Source: Solirubrobacteraceae bacterium (GTDB taxonomy: Bacteria > Actinomycetota > Thermoleophilia > Solirubrobacterales > Solirubrobacteraceae). Taken from it: a stretch of DNA of 64,000 nt. Of the stretch, positions 8,658-17,375 are shown in pieces. The DNA is taken from positions 845,045 to 909,044 of the forward strand of contig CBDIDF010000004.1 in assembly GCA_965277605.1 (NCBI GenBank), read 5' to 3'. The translations under genes and the position numbers were made by a program. The notes below the pieces were generated by a model. That model saw only the letters and a list, made by a program, of their open reading frames with translations, was not told the DNA's origin and made no database searches. Each line of letters starts with the position of its first letter. Position 1 is the first letter of the stretch.

Positions 8658-9671
8658 ATGCGCGAGCTCGGGCTGATCGACGCGATCGAGCGGACCCTGT
8701 CGCGCGGGGGCGCCCGGGTCGTGCGCTGGATCGGCGACGACGCCGCCGTCGTGCGCGGCGCCGGCTACGCGGTGACCTCGGTCGACACGTCCGTCGAGGG
8801 CGTTCACTTTCGCCGGGCTCAGCTGCGGCCCGACGAGATCGGGCATCGCGCGCTGGGCAGCGCGCTGTCTGACCTCGCCGCGATGGCCGCCCGCCCCGGC
8901 GAGGCCTATCTCGCCGTCGGGCTGCCCGCCGGATTTGCCCACGAGGACGCCCTCGCGATCGTCGCCGGTGCCGCCGAGGTCGCCGACCGCCACGGGGTCG
9001 CGATCGCCGGCGGCGACGTGTCGAGCTCGGCGACGCTGACGGTCACCGCCACCGTCGTCGGCTGGGCGCGCGACCCCGGCGAGCTCGTCGCGCGCGACGG
9101 CGCTCGCCCCGGGGACCTCGTCGTGGTGACCGGAGCGCTCGGCGGCGCCGGCGCGGGCCTCGCCCTGCTCGAGGGCCGAGCGGACGCGCAGCGGCTGCCC
9201 GCGGGGGTCGCCGAGCGGCTGCACCGCCGCTTCGCAGCACCCGAGCCGCGGATCGCGGCCGGTCTCGCGCTCGGCGCGCTCGGCGCCACGGCGATGATCG
9301 ACGTCTCCGACGGGGTCGCCACCGACGCTCGCCACCTGGCGACGCGCAGCGGCGTCGCGATCGAGCTGATCGCCGGCGACCTGCCGCGCGAGCCGGGCGT
9401 CGACGCCGTCGCGCGGCAGCTCGGATCAGACCCGGCGACGTTCGCGGCGACCGCGGGCGAGGACTACGAGCTGTGCGCCTGCGTCCCCGCCGCGGCGCGG
9501 GAGCTCGTCGAGGCCGACTGGACGGGTCGGGCCGGCGAGCTACCGCGGCTGTCCTGGATCGGGAGCGTGGTCGAGACCGGCCCCGTCAACCCGGCGGGGC
9601 ACGGTGGCCTGAGCTTCACCGACGTCGCCGGCGAGATCTCAGGCTTCGAGCACTCGTCCTACTCGGCCTGA
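8658..9671 (+). CDS. thiL: Thiamine-monophosphate kinase
   Basis: MRELGLIDAIERTL...IGDDAAVV...TSVDTSVEGVHF fits an AIR-synthase-like fold. I chose the start at ATG 8658, downstream of the infA stop. Confidence 0.85.
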   Translation: MRELGLIDAIERTLSRGGARVVRWIGDDAAVVRGAGYAVTSVDTSVEGVHFRRAQLRPDEIGHRALGSALSDLAAMAARPGEAYLAVGLPAGFAHEDALAIVAGAAEVADRHGVAIAGGDVSSSATLTVTATVVGWARDPGELVARDGARPGDLVVVTGALGGAGAGLALLEGRADAQRLPAGVAERLHRRFAAPEPRIAAGLALGALGATAMIDVSDGVATDARHLATRSGVAIELIAGDLPREPGVDAVARQLGSDPATFAATAGEDYELCACVPAAARELVEADWTGRAGELPRLSWIGSVVETGPVNPAGHGGLSFTDVAGEISGFEHSSYSA

Positions 9672-9913
9672 TCTCCGCTCGGCGCGGAGGCCATCCGGCC
9701 ATAGCCCTGCATCAGCTTCCGGAGGATCGCATTGGCGACCACCTTGGTGTCCACCTCGTACTCGCCGCGACCGATCTGCTGCTGTATTTCATCGATGCGC
9801 ATCCCGCGTGCCTTCCCTTCCCCTGTCGGTGGGTGAGCGATCAATCTGACCTCTGTGTCGGCACTGTAGGCGAGCCTCTGGACGCTCGCTGCAAAGAGTG
9901 GACGGGTGTCCAA
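9659..9913 (-). CDS. Small FlgM-like protein (possible anti-sigma-28 factor)
   Basis: 84-aa ORF. The C-terminal segment RIDEIQQQIGRGEYEVDTKVVANAILRKL fits the FlgM C-terminal pattern (I..G.Y.VD...IA..ll) as I recall it, and the N-terminus looks disordered. Its 3' end overlaps the thiL 3' end by 13 nt, in convergent orientation. Confidence 0.45.
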   Translation of the reverse strand: MDTRPLFAASVQRLAYSADTEVRLIAHPPTGEGKARGMRIDEIQQQIGRGEYEVDTKVVANAILRKLMQGYGRMASAPSGDQAE

Positions 9914-9942
9914 TGTCGCCCGAAAACCGGTCCGACAAGCGT

Positions 9943-10644
9943 CTAGTCGGAGGTGTGGGAGGTAGGGCTCGCGACCACGGCCGCGGGCTTCACCGAGCGC
10001 AGCCGGGCGAAGACGATGATCCGCTGAGTCGCGCTGTAGAGCGGGTTGCAGGCCGACAGCACGAGACGGTCATAGCCGACGTCGTCGATCACCGAGACCT
10101 GGGTGGGCGCGACGATGCGCTGGTACTGGACGACGTAGGTGAAGGTGCCGTAGGGCATCGTCACGATGATCCGGTCGCCCTTCGTGACCTCGTTGAGGAA
10201 GCGGAACGGCGCGAGATAGGTCGTCCGGTGCCCGGCGATCGCGACCGTCTGCCCCATGCCCGGCAGCGCCGTGCTCGGGTAGTGGCCGGGGCCCGCCTCG
10301 AGGTTCTGGGTGTCGGTCCCCTGGATGACGTCGTAGCTGTTGCCGATCCGCGGGATGTCGATCTGCCCGATCGCCTCCCCGGGCTTGACCCGCGCCAGGT
10401 CGTCGTGGGCCAGGTAGCGGATCCGCTGGCTGGTCGAGCGGATGCTGTGAAGCGCCTGGGTCTGGTTGTCGGTGAGCGGCGCCGAGCGGTAGCTGAGGTA
10501 GCGCTTGTCGACGTTGGCCCGCTGGATCAACCCGATCGCGGCGGTGACCGGCTCCTGCCACAGCAGCGTGACCGCGCCGTCGGCGAGCAGCAGCAGGCCC
10601 GAGAGGATCAGGATCGAGGAGACGTCGCGGATCGCTCGGCGCAT
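9943..10644 (-). CDS. Sortase family transpeptidase (class E-like)
   Basis: There is an N-terminal membrane anchor (ILILSGLLLLADGAV). The catalytic His is in AIAGHRTTY and the Cys is in LVLSACNP. A conserved Arg lies in the C-terminal RIIVFARL region. Confidence 0.85.
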   Translation of the reverse strand: MRRAIRDVSSILILSGLLLLADGAVTLLWQEPVTAAIGLIQRANVDKRYLSYRSAPLTDNQTQALHSIRSTSQRIRYLAHDDLARVKPGEAIGQIDIPRIGNSYDVIQGTDTQNLEAGPGHYPSTALPGMGQTVAIAGHRTTYLAPFRFLNEVTKGDRIIVTMPYGTFTYVVQYQRIVAPTQVSVIDDVGYDRLVLSACNPLYSATQRIIVFARLRSVKPAAVVASPTSHTSD

Positions 10645-10682
10645 CGGTCCATGGTGTCAGAGGCGCCCCGGGGACGCGGTCG

Positions 10683-12533
10683 CTACCGCCGCAGCGCGGA
10701 CTTCGTCCCGCCGAGCGAGCCCGGTCCCGCATAGCTCACCGGCCCGCGGACGGTGACCGCGGGCGCCACCGACAGCGCCGGCCGGCGCGCCGCGGAGATG
10801 ACGAGCACGACGGCCGTCACCAGACAGCCGAGCACCACCGACCACTCGACCGCAGCCAGCGGCGAGACGACGTGGCCGGCGAGCAGCAGCGCGGCCTCCC
10901 AGGCCAGGCCGCCCGGCCCGAACCCGAGCGAATGGGCGTAGAAGACGACGACGCCCGCGGTCGGAACGGCGCCGAGCGCGAGCATCGCGAGCCGGATGGA
11001 CAGCGGCAGCTCGAGGTCGGAGTCGATCGCCCACAGCCACAGGTGCAGCGCCGGGACCAGCAGAGCGGCCGCGAACGGGTTGGCCACCCAGATGAGCAGC
11101 GTGACGACGCACAGCACGAGCAGCATCGCCGCCGCGGTTCCGTCGCCCGAGCGGTCCACGAGCTTGACCCGCCGGTCGCGCGTGCCGCGGGCGGGCTCGG
11201 CCGCGTGCAGCGACGCAAACGCGGCGCGGACGCCGAACCCGGCGGCGACCGCGGCGAGCACGGCCACCGCGAGCACGGCGATCGCGCCGCCGGTCACCGT
11301 GATCGTTCCCGGGCCGACCGGTCCGGGCGCCCACGGCATCAGCCCGACCGCGCGACCGAGCAGCACGACGACCAGGGCGGCGAGGAACGGGACCGCGCCG
11401 CCGAGCGCAGCCCGCAGCGAGCGCCCGACGAGGTAGCCGCGGCGCCGGGCGCGGGCGACGCCGTCGATCGTCGTCAGGACGACGGGGATGATCAGCGCGA
11501 GCACGAACAGCGACATCGCCCAGCTCGGGACAACCTTGCCCTTGAACAGCACGTAGGCCGACGGACGCGCGACCGCGGCGCCGCCGTTGAGCGCCGAGAT
11601 CGCCGACAGGATCGAGCGGCCGACCGCGGTGAGCTGGCCCGATCCGACGGTCGGGCCGTGGCCGCTCGGACGCAGCTCGGGGCGGGCGGGGTCTGAGTAG
11701 GTGAGCTCGACGGCCGGCACCCCGGCGGCGCCAAACGGCGCCTGCTGGGAGGTCGTCAGCGGGAACGCGAGGTGCGCGAGCTGGGCCAGCACGCCGGGCG
11801 AGCTCGTCCGGGCCGAGCTCTGCGAGGCGAGCGCCGCGGACAGGGTGCTGCGCAGCTGCACCGGAGCGATCGCGGTGCCGGTCGACCAGGGGACGATCGT
11901 CGACCGGCGCTGCTCGGCGGAGGCGAGATCGCCGAGCACGATCACCGCGTCGATCGGCCCGGGCACGGTCGAGGCCAGGCGCATCGCGCCCGCCATGCCC
12001 TCGGTACCGGTCGTCGAGGCGAGCACGACGGTGCGCGACAGGGTCTCGCCGCCGAGGTCGCGGCCGAGCTCGAGCAGGGTCGCCGTGCCCGCCAGCCCGG
12101 CCGGCGCCGCCGAGCCGCCGCTACCGCCGCTGCCCGCTGCACCCGCGCCGGCGTCACGCGCGGCGACGATGACGATCGAGCCGCTGCCCGACTGGGTCCC
12201 CGGACGGGTCGCGACGACGTTCTGCAGCGTCCGCTGGCCGTCGGCGGTTCGCGCCGAGAACGTGTCGCGCGTCACCGTGAAGCCGTCCCCCTTCGCCCTC
12301 AGCGCACCCGCCACCTGGACGGCGAGCGCGTTGTCGCCGTCGGATCCGGGCGCCCGCGAGGGGTCGTTGCGGGCGAGCTGGGCCATCGTCGCGCGGACGT
12401 TGGCGCCGTTGAACGCCACCGGCGCCAGCGACGAGCGCAGCGCGGCCGGCTGGTCGGTGAGCGAGAAGGCGAGGACGACGAGGGCCAGCGCCGCGACGAC
12501 CAGGCTCATCCGGTAGATGCGCGGGTCCAGCAT
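10683..12533 (-). CDS. Membrane protein: N-terminal M28-peptidase-like domain that appears degenerate, plus a C-terminal polytopic domain
   Basis: 616 aa. After the N-terminal TM, NVVATRPG...IVIVAARDAG...AGLAGTATLLELGRDL...VVLASTTGTEGMAG follows the M28 aminopeptidase scaffold. By eye the metal-ligand positions (HxD, D, EE, H) are replaced. The C-terminal half contains about 8 hydrophobic helices. Confidence 0.55.
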   Translation of the reverse strand: MLDPRIYRMSLVVAALALVVLAFSLTDQPAALRSSLAPVAFNGANVRATMAQLARNDPSRAPGSDGDNALAVQVAGALRAKGDGFTVTRDTFSARTADGQRTLQNVVATRPGTQSGSGSIVIVAARDAGAGAAGSGGSGGSAAPAGLAGTATLLELGRDLGGETLSRTVVLASTTGTEGMAGAMRLASTVPGPIDAVIVLGDLASAEQRRSTIVPWSTGTAIAPVQLRSTLSAALASQSSARTSSPGVLAQLAHLAFPLTTSQQAPFGAAGVPAVELTYSDPARPELRPSGHGPTVGSGQLTAVGRSILSAISALNGGAAVARPSAYVLFKGKVVPSWAMSLFVLALIIPVVLTTIDGVARARRRGYLVGRSLRAALGGAVPFLAALVVVLLGRAVGLMPWAPGPVGPGTITVTGGAIAVLAVAVLAAVAAGFGVRAAFASLHAAEPARGTRDRRVKLVDRSGDGTAAAMLLVLCVVTLLIWVANPFAAALLVPALHLWLWAIDSDLELPLSIRLAMLALGAVPTAGVVVFYAHSLGFGPGGLAWEAALLLAGHVVSPLAAVEWSVVLGCLVTAVVLVISAARRPALSVAPAVTVRGPVSYAGPGSLGGTKSALRR

Positions 12534-12607
12534 CGGGGTGCCAGCTTATCCCCCCGACCGGGCCGACGAACCGTTCCCCTACTCTGGACGAGAAGGTTTC
12601 CCGCAAC

Positions 12608-13321
12608 GTGCCCGATCGCTCCGCCCGCATCCTGCTGGTCGACGATGAGCAGTCGATCCAGACGCTGCTCTCATACCCGCTGCGCAAAGAGGGCTATGAC
12701 GTCGTCCAGGCGACCGACGGCCGTCAGGCGCTGGACCGCTTCGACGAGCAGTCCTTCGACCTCGTCGTGCTCGATCTGATGCTGCCGCGGATCGACGGAC
12801 TGGAGGTCTGCCGGCGGCTGCGCAGCCGCAGCTCGGTGCCGATCATCATGCTCACCGCCAAGTCCGAGGAGATCGACAAGGTCGTCGGGCTCGAGCTCGG
12901 CGCCGACGACTACATCACCAAGCCGTTCTCGCTGCGCGAGTTCTCCAGCCGGATCAAGGCGGCGCTGCGCCGCGCCGAGATGACCCGGCCCGACGAGGGG
13001 GCGGCCGACGAGGCGCCGCTCGAGGTCGGGGAGCTGCGCATCGACTTCCCCAAGCGCACCGTGCGGGTGCGCCGGACCGACGCCCAACTCACCTACGTCG
13101 AGTTCGAGATCGTCGCGGCGCTCGCGCGCGCCCCCGGTCGGGTGTTCACCCGCGACATGCTGCTGGCGCGGATCTGGGGTGACTCGGCTTATCGTGACCC
13201 GCGCACGATCGATGTCCACATCCGTCATCTGCGCGAGAAGGTCGAACGCGACCCCAAGGACCCGGAGTACCTGTTCACGGTGCGCGGCGTCGGCTACCGC
13301 TTTCGCGACTCCGAGCCCTAG
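12608..13321 (+). CDS. OmpR/PhoB-family response regulator
   Basis: The receiver domain has ILLVDDEQ and VVLDLMLP (phospho-Asp), with the conserved Lys in YITKPF. The winged-helix output ends TVRGVGYRF. The start is GTG. Confidence 0.9.
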   Translation: MPDRSARILLVDDEQSIQTLLSYPLRKEGYDVVQATDGRQALDRFDEQSFDLVVLDLMLPRIDGLEVCRRLRSRSSVPIIMLTAKSEEIDKVVGLELGADDYITKPFSLREFSSRIKAALRRAEMTRPDEGAADEAPLEVGELRIDFPKRTVRVRRTDAQLTYVEFEIVAALARAPGRVFTRDMLLARIWGDSAYRDPRTIDVHIRHLREKVERDPKDPEYLFTVRGVGYRFRDSEP

Positions 13322-13390
13322 GACCGGTACCGGCGGCACCGGCGGGTCGGCCGACGGCACCGGCGGGTGCGCCCCCGAGAGGGGACCGGG

Positions 13391-14809
13391 ATGCGCGGCC
13401 TGAGACGGGCGCTGAGCCTCCGCCTGTCGCTGCGCAACCGGCTGGCGCTCGTCTTCTTCTCGATCACGCTGCTGGCGGTCGCCGCGCTGTACCTGTACGT
13501 CGCGCCAGGCCTGCAGAGCCGCCTGATGGGGTCCAAGCTCGCCGATCTCAAGCGCACCGCTGCGACCCACTCCGCGGCGCTGCGCGCGACCGTCGGCAGC
13601 TCGACCTCGCTGCCGGAGGTGCGCCGGCTCCTGATGAGCACCTCGGAGGCGACGGGCAACCGCGTGACGCTGCTGTCGGTCAACGAGGTGCAGGGCGGCG
13701 CTCAGCTGGCGATGCAGATGGACTCCGGGGGGTCCGCGGCGCAGACGCCGCTGCGGATGGCGCTCGCCCAGCGCGCCGTCGCCACCCGGACGATCATCAC
13801 CGGCACCGAGCGCACCCGTTCGGGGCTGCTCGCCGAGGCGGCCGACCCGGTGGCGCTGCACGGGCGCGTCGCGGCCGTGATCGTGTTCACCGCCCCGGTC
13901 GCCGACGTGCTGCGCACGGTCTCGACGGTGCGCCACGAGATCCTCGTCGCCGGCGGCCTGGCGTTGCTGCTCGCGCTGATCGCCGGATGGCTCGTCGCCC
14001 GCGCGCCGGCGCTGCGCGTCAAGCGCCTGGAGCACGCGGCCAAGCAGGTCGCCGCGGGCACGTTCACCGACCCGATCCCGGTCGACTCCGGCGACGAGCT
14101 CGGGCAGCTCGCGGTCGCGTTCAACGAGATGCAGCAACAGCTGCTCCAGCTCGAGCAGGCGCGCAAGCGCTTCATCGCCACCGCCTCGCACGAGCTGCGC
14201 ACGCCGATCTTCTCGCTCGGCGGGTTCGTCGAGCTGCTCGAGGACGAGGAGCTCGATCCCGACACGCGCCGCCGGTTCCTCGATCAGATCCGCGATCAGG
14301 TGCAGCGGCTGGGCAAGCTGTCGGTCGACCTGCTCGACCTCTCGCGCCTGGAGTCCGGCTCGCTGGAGCTGCGCCCCGAGGAGGTCGACCTCGGCGAGCT
14401 GACGCGCTCGGTATCGGGCGAGTTCGAGCCGACGCTCGCGCAGCGCGACGCACGGCTGGAGCTGCGGCTGCCGAGCCACATCGAGGCCTCCTGCGACCCC
14501 GTGCGGGTCGCGCAGATCGTGCGCATCCTGATCGACAACGCGCTCACCCACACTCCGGCGGGCACGAACATCACCGTCATCGCCACGCGGATCGACGGCC
14601 ATGTCTCGGTCGCGGTTCGCGACGACGGCGAGGGCATCGACGTGCAGGCGCTGCCGCGGATCTTCGAGCCGTTCTACACCGCCGACGACGCCCAGGGCTC
14701 GGGGTTGGGCCTGGCGATCGCCTCCGAGCTGGCCGAACGCATGGCCGGCCGGCTGTCGGTCGCCACGGCCACCGGCGAGACGACGTTCACGCTCGAGCTG
14801 CCGGCCTGA
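13391..14809 (+). CDS. Sensor histidine kinase (TM-HAMP-HisKA-HATPase)
   Basis: H-box ASHELRTPIFSL, N-box ILIDNALTHT and G-boxes DDGEGI and GSGLGLAI are present. There are two TM segments and a HAMP-like linker. The start is at ATG 13391 (MRGLRRAL). Confidence 0.9.
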   Translation: MRGLRRALSLRLSLRNRLALVFFSITLLAVAALYLYVAPGLQSRLMGSKLADLKRTAATHSAALRATVGSSTSLPEVRRLLMSTSEATGNRVTLLSVNEVQGGAQLAMQMDSGGSAAQTPLRMALAQRAVATRTIITGTERTRSGLLAEAADPVALHGRVAAVIVFTAPVADVLRTVSTVRHEILVAGGLALLLALIAGWLVARAPALRVKRLEHAAKQVAAGTFTDPIPVDSGDELGQLAVAFNEMQQQLLQLEQARKRFIATASHELRTPIFSLGGFVELLEDEELDPDTRRRFLDQIRDQVQRLGKLSVDLLDLSRLESGSLELRPEEVDLGELTRSVSGEFEPTLAQRDARLELRLPSHIEASCDPVRVAQIVRILIDNALTHTPAGTNITVIATRIDGHVSVAVRDDGEGIDVQALPRIFEPFYTADDAQGSGLGLAIASELAERMAGRLSVATATGETTFTLELPA

Positions 14810-14909
14810 CGGCGCGGGCCGTCAAGGCGCCGCCGCGGTGTGGGACGAGCCCGCGATTTTGGACATCTGGCCAGAGCCTGCGGGCCCGTCCGGTGAGAAT
14901 CTTGCGGAC

Positions 14910-15791
14910 ATGGATCGCACCGCTGCCTCTCCGACCGCACCCGGGATCGCCGCGGTGTCGGCGATCGGCGTCCTCGACGTCGTCGCCGGACTCGGCTCGG
15001 TCCTGCGCACGATCTCCCGGGCGCGGGCGCGGGGAGCGCGGTTGATCGTGTTCCCCGAGGCGACGCTCGGCGGCTATCTGCACGAGGAGGTCGTCGAGGG
15101 CACCGTGCTGCGCGGCGCGCCCCCGGTCCTGCACGATCGCGACGAGGTGCTCACCCGGCTCGCGCGGGCCGCCGGCGATGCGGTCGTGTGCATCGGCTAC
15201 ACCGAGCGCGCCGAGGATCCCCGAGGCCTCCCGTACGCGTCCGCGGTCTGCCTGAGCGGCGACGGGGTGCTCGGACACCAGCGCAAGGTTCACATCCCGC
15301 CCGGCGAGCTCGGGCTGATCGCGCCCGGCGAGGGCTTCTGCGCCTTCGACACCCCGTTCGGCCGGCTCGGGATGCTCGTCTGCTACGACAAGCTCTTCCC
15401 CGAGGCCGCGCTCCGGCTCGCGCTCGACGGCGCCGAGACGATCGCCTGCCTGTCGGCCTGGGCGGTGTGCCGAGAGCGGCCGGCGCGCCTGATGCGCAAT
15501 GATCGTCAGGTGCGCCACTTCAACGCCCTCGACGTCGCGCGCGCGGTCGAGAACCAGGTCGTCTGGGTGTCGGCCAACCAGTTCGGCACCTCGGGGCGCC
15601 TGCGGTTCCCCGGCCAGTCCAAGGTCGTCGACCCCGACGGCCGGGTGCTCGCCGCCACCGGCGCCCGGGCCGGCATGGCGCTGGCGCGAATCGATCCCGG
15701 AGTCGCCGTGCGCGCCGCGCGCGACGAGATCTCGCACCTCGGAGACCGCATCGAGGCGGCCTACGGCGGTCGGGTGCCCGACCCCGTCTGA
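14910..15791 (+). CDS. Carbon-nitrogen hydrolase (nitrilase superfamily)
   Basis: The E-K-C triad context is LIVFPEA, HQRKVHIP and MLVCYDKLFPE. I chose the start at ATG 14910, after the kinase stop. Confidence 0.8.
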   Translation: MDRTAASPTAPGIAAVSAIGVLDVVAGLGSVLRTISRARARGARLIVFPEATLGGYLHEEVVEGTVLRGAPPVLHDRDEVLTRLARAAGDAVVCIGYTERAEDPRGLPYASAVCLSGDGVLGHQRKVHIPPGELGLIAPGEGFCAFDTPFGRLGMLVCYDKLFPEAALRLALDGAETIACLSAWAVCRERPARLMRNDRQVRHFNALDVARAVENQVVWVSANQFGTSGRLRFPGQSKVVDPDGRVLAATGARAGMALARIDPGVAVRAARDEISHLGDRIEAAYGGRVPDPV

Positions 15792-17338
15792 TGTGCGGCA
15801 TCGCCGGCCGCCTCGGCCCGGGGGTCCCGGGCGAGGATCGGCGAATGCTTGCGCGGATGCACCACCGCGGGCCCGACGACCGCGGTGAGGTCGGCGTGGG
15901 CGACGGCTGGCTCGGCCACACGCGCCTGTCGATCGTCGACGTCGCCGGCGGACACCAGCCGCTCGGCGGTCCGAACGGCGATCCGCGGGGCGGGCGCTGG
16001 CTGGTCGGCAACGGCGAGATCTACAACCACGCCGAGATCCGCCGCGAGCTCGGCCCCCGGACCTACCACACGGCGTCGGACAACGAGGTCGCGCTGGCGC
16101 TGCTGCAGGACCGCGGGCCCGACGCCCTCGGCGAGCTCGAGGGCATGTACGCGCTGCTGTCGGCCGATCCCGACGGGGGATCGTTCGTCGCCGCCCGCGA
16201 TCCCGTGGGGATCAAGCCGCTGTACTGGACGCCGCCCGATACCGACGACGGCGGGCACGTCCGCTTCGCGTCGGAGATCGCCGCGTTCGACCCCGCGTGG
16301 CGTCCCGCCGTCGAGGCGTTCCCCCCCGGGCACCATTGGACGCCCGACGGCGGGCTGCGGCGGTTCGCCTCCGCGGTGCCCGAGCGGCCGGCCGCCGACG
16401 CCGAGGTGCACGCGCGCGAGGAACCGAGCGAGGCCGACCTCGTGGCCACGCGCGACGCGCTCATCGCCGCGGTCGACCGCCAGATGATGGGCGACGTCCC
16501 CGTCGGCGTGTTCCTGTCGGGCGGGCTGGACTCGACGCTCATCGCCGCGATCGCCGCGCGCTGGTACGCGCAGCGCGGCGAGCGGCTGCAGACCTTCGCC
16601 GTCGGCCTGTGCGACAGCCCCGACCTGCTCGCCGCCCGCCGCGCGGCACAGCACCTGGGCACCGACCACCACGAGCGGATCTACACCGCGCGGGAGGCGC
16701 TCGATGCGGTCGCGCCCGTCGTGCGCGCGATCGAGCACTTCGACCCCTCGCTCGTGCGCAGCGCGGTGCCCAACTACCTGCTCGCCGAGATGACCGCCGA
16801 GCACGTCAAGGTCGTGCTCACCGGCGAGGGCGCCGACGAGCTGTTCGCCGGCTACGTCTACCTCCAGGGCTTCGCCGACCCGGCGCAGCTGCACGACGAG
16901 CTCGTCGCCAACGTCAACGGACTGCACGGGCTCAACCTGCAGCGCTGTGACCGGGTGACGATGGCCCACAGCCTCGAGGCGCGCGTCCCGTTCCTCGACC
17001 GCGCGCTGATCGCGCTCGCGCTCGGCCTGCCCGCCGCGTGGAAGGTCGCCTCCGCCGACGTGCCCGAGAAGCGCCTGCTGCGCCAGGCGTTTGCCGGCTG
17101 GCTGCCCGACGACCTGCTGTGGCGCGCCAAGGCCCAGTTCGGCGACGGCAGCGGCGCCGCGTCGGTGCTCACCGAGGCGGTCGAGTCCGGGATCTCCGAG
17201 GCGGAGCTCGAGGCCGAGGCCGGCGAGGCCGACCCGCCGCTGCGTAGCCGCGAGGAGCTCGCCTACTACCGCATCTGGCGCGAGCACCTGCCCGGTGTGC
17301 GGCCCGAGCGCACGCTCTCGCGCTTCGCCACGACCTGA
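15791..17338 (+). CDS. asnB: Asparagine synthase (glutamine-hydrolysing)
   Basis: The N-terminal MCGIAG is an Ntn glutaminase signature and the synthetase PP-loop is FLSGGLDS. The start overlaps the upstream stop (TGATG). Confidence 0.9.
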   Translation: MCGIAGRLGPGVPGEDRRMLARMHHRGPDDRGEVGVGDGWLGHTRLSIVDVAGGHQPLGGPNGDPRGGRWLVGNGEIYNHAEIRRELGPRTYHTASDNEVALALLQDRGPDALGELEGMYALLSADPDGGSFVAARDPVGIKPLYWTPPDTDDGGHVRFASEIAAFDPAWRPAVEAFPPGHHWTPDGGLRRFASAVPERPAADAEVHAREEPSEADLVATRDALIAAVDRQMMGDVPVGVFLSGGLDSTLIAAIAARWYAQRGERLQTFAVGLCDSPDLLAARRAAQHLGTDHHERIYTAREALDAVAPVVRAIEHFDPSLVRSAVPNYLLAEMTAEHVKVVLTGEGADELFAGYVYLQGFADPAQLHDELVANVNGLHGLNLQRCDRVTMAHSLEARVPFLDRALIALALGLPAAWKVASADVPEKRLLRQAFAGWLPDDLLWRAKAQFGDGSGAASVLTEAVESGISEAELEAEAGEADPPLRSREELAYYRIWREHLPGVRPERTLSRFATT

Positions 17339-17375
17339 CGCGATCGCCGGGGGCGGGCGGGGCCGCGGAGGCGGG

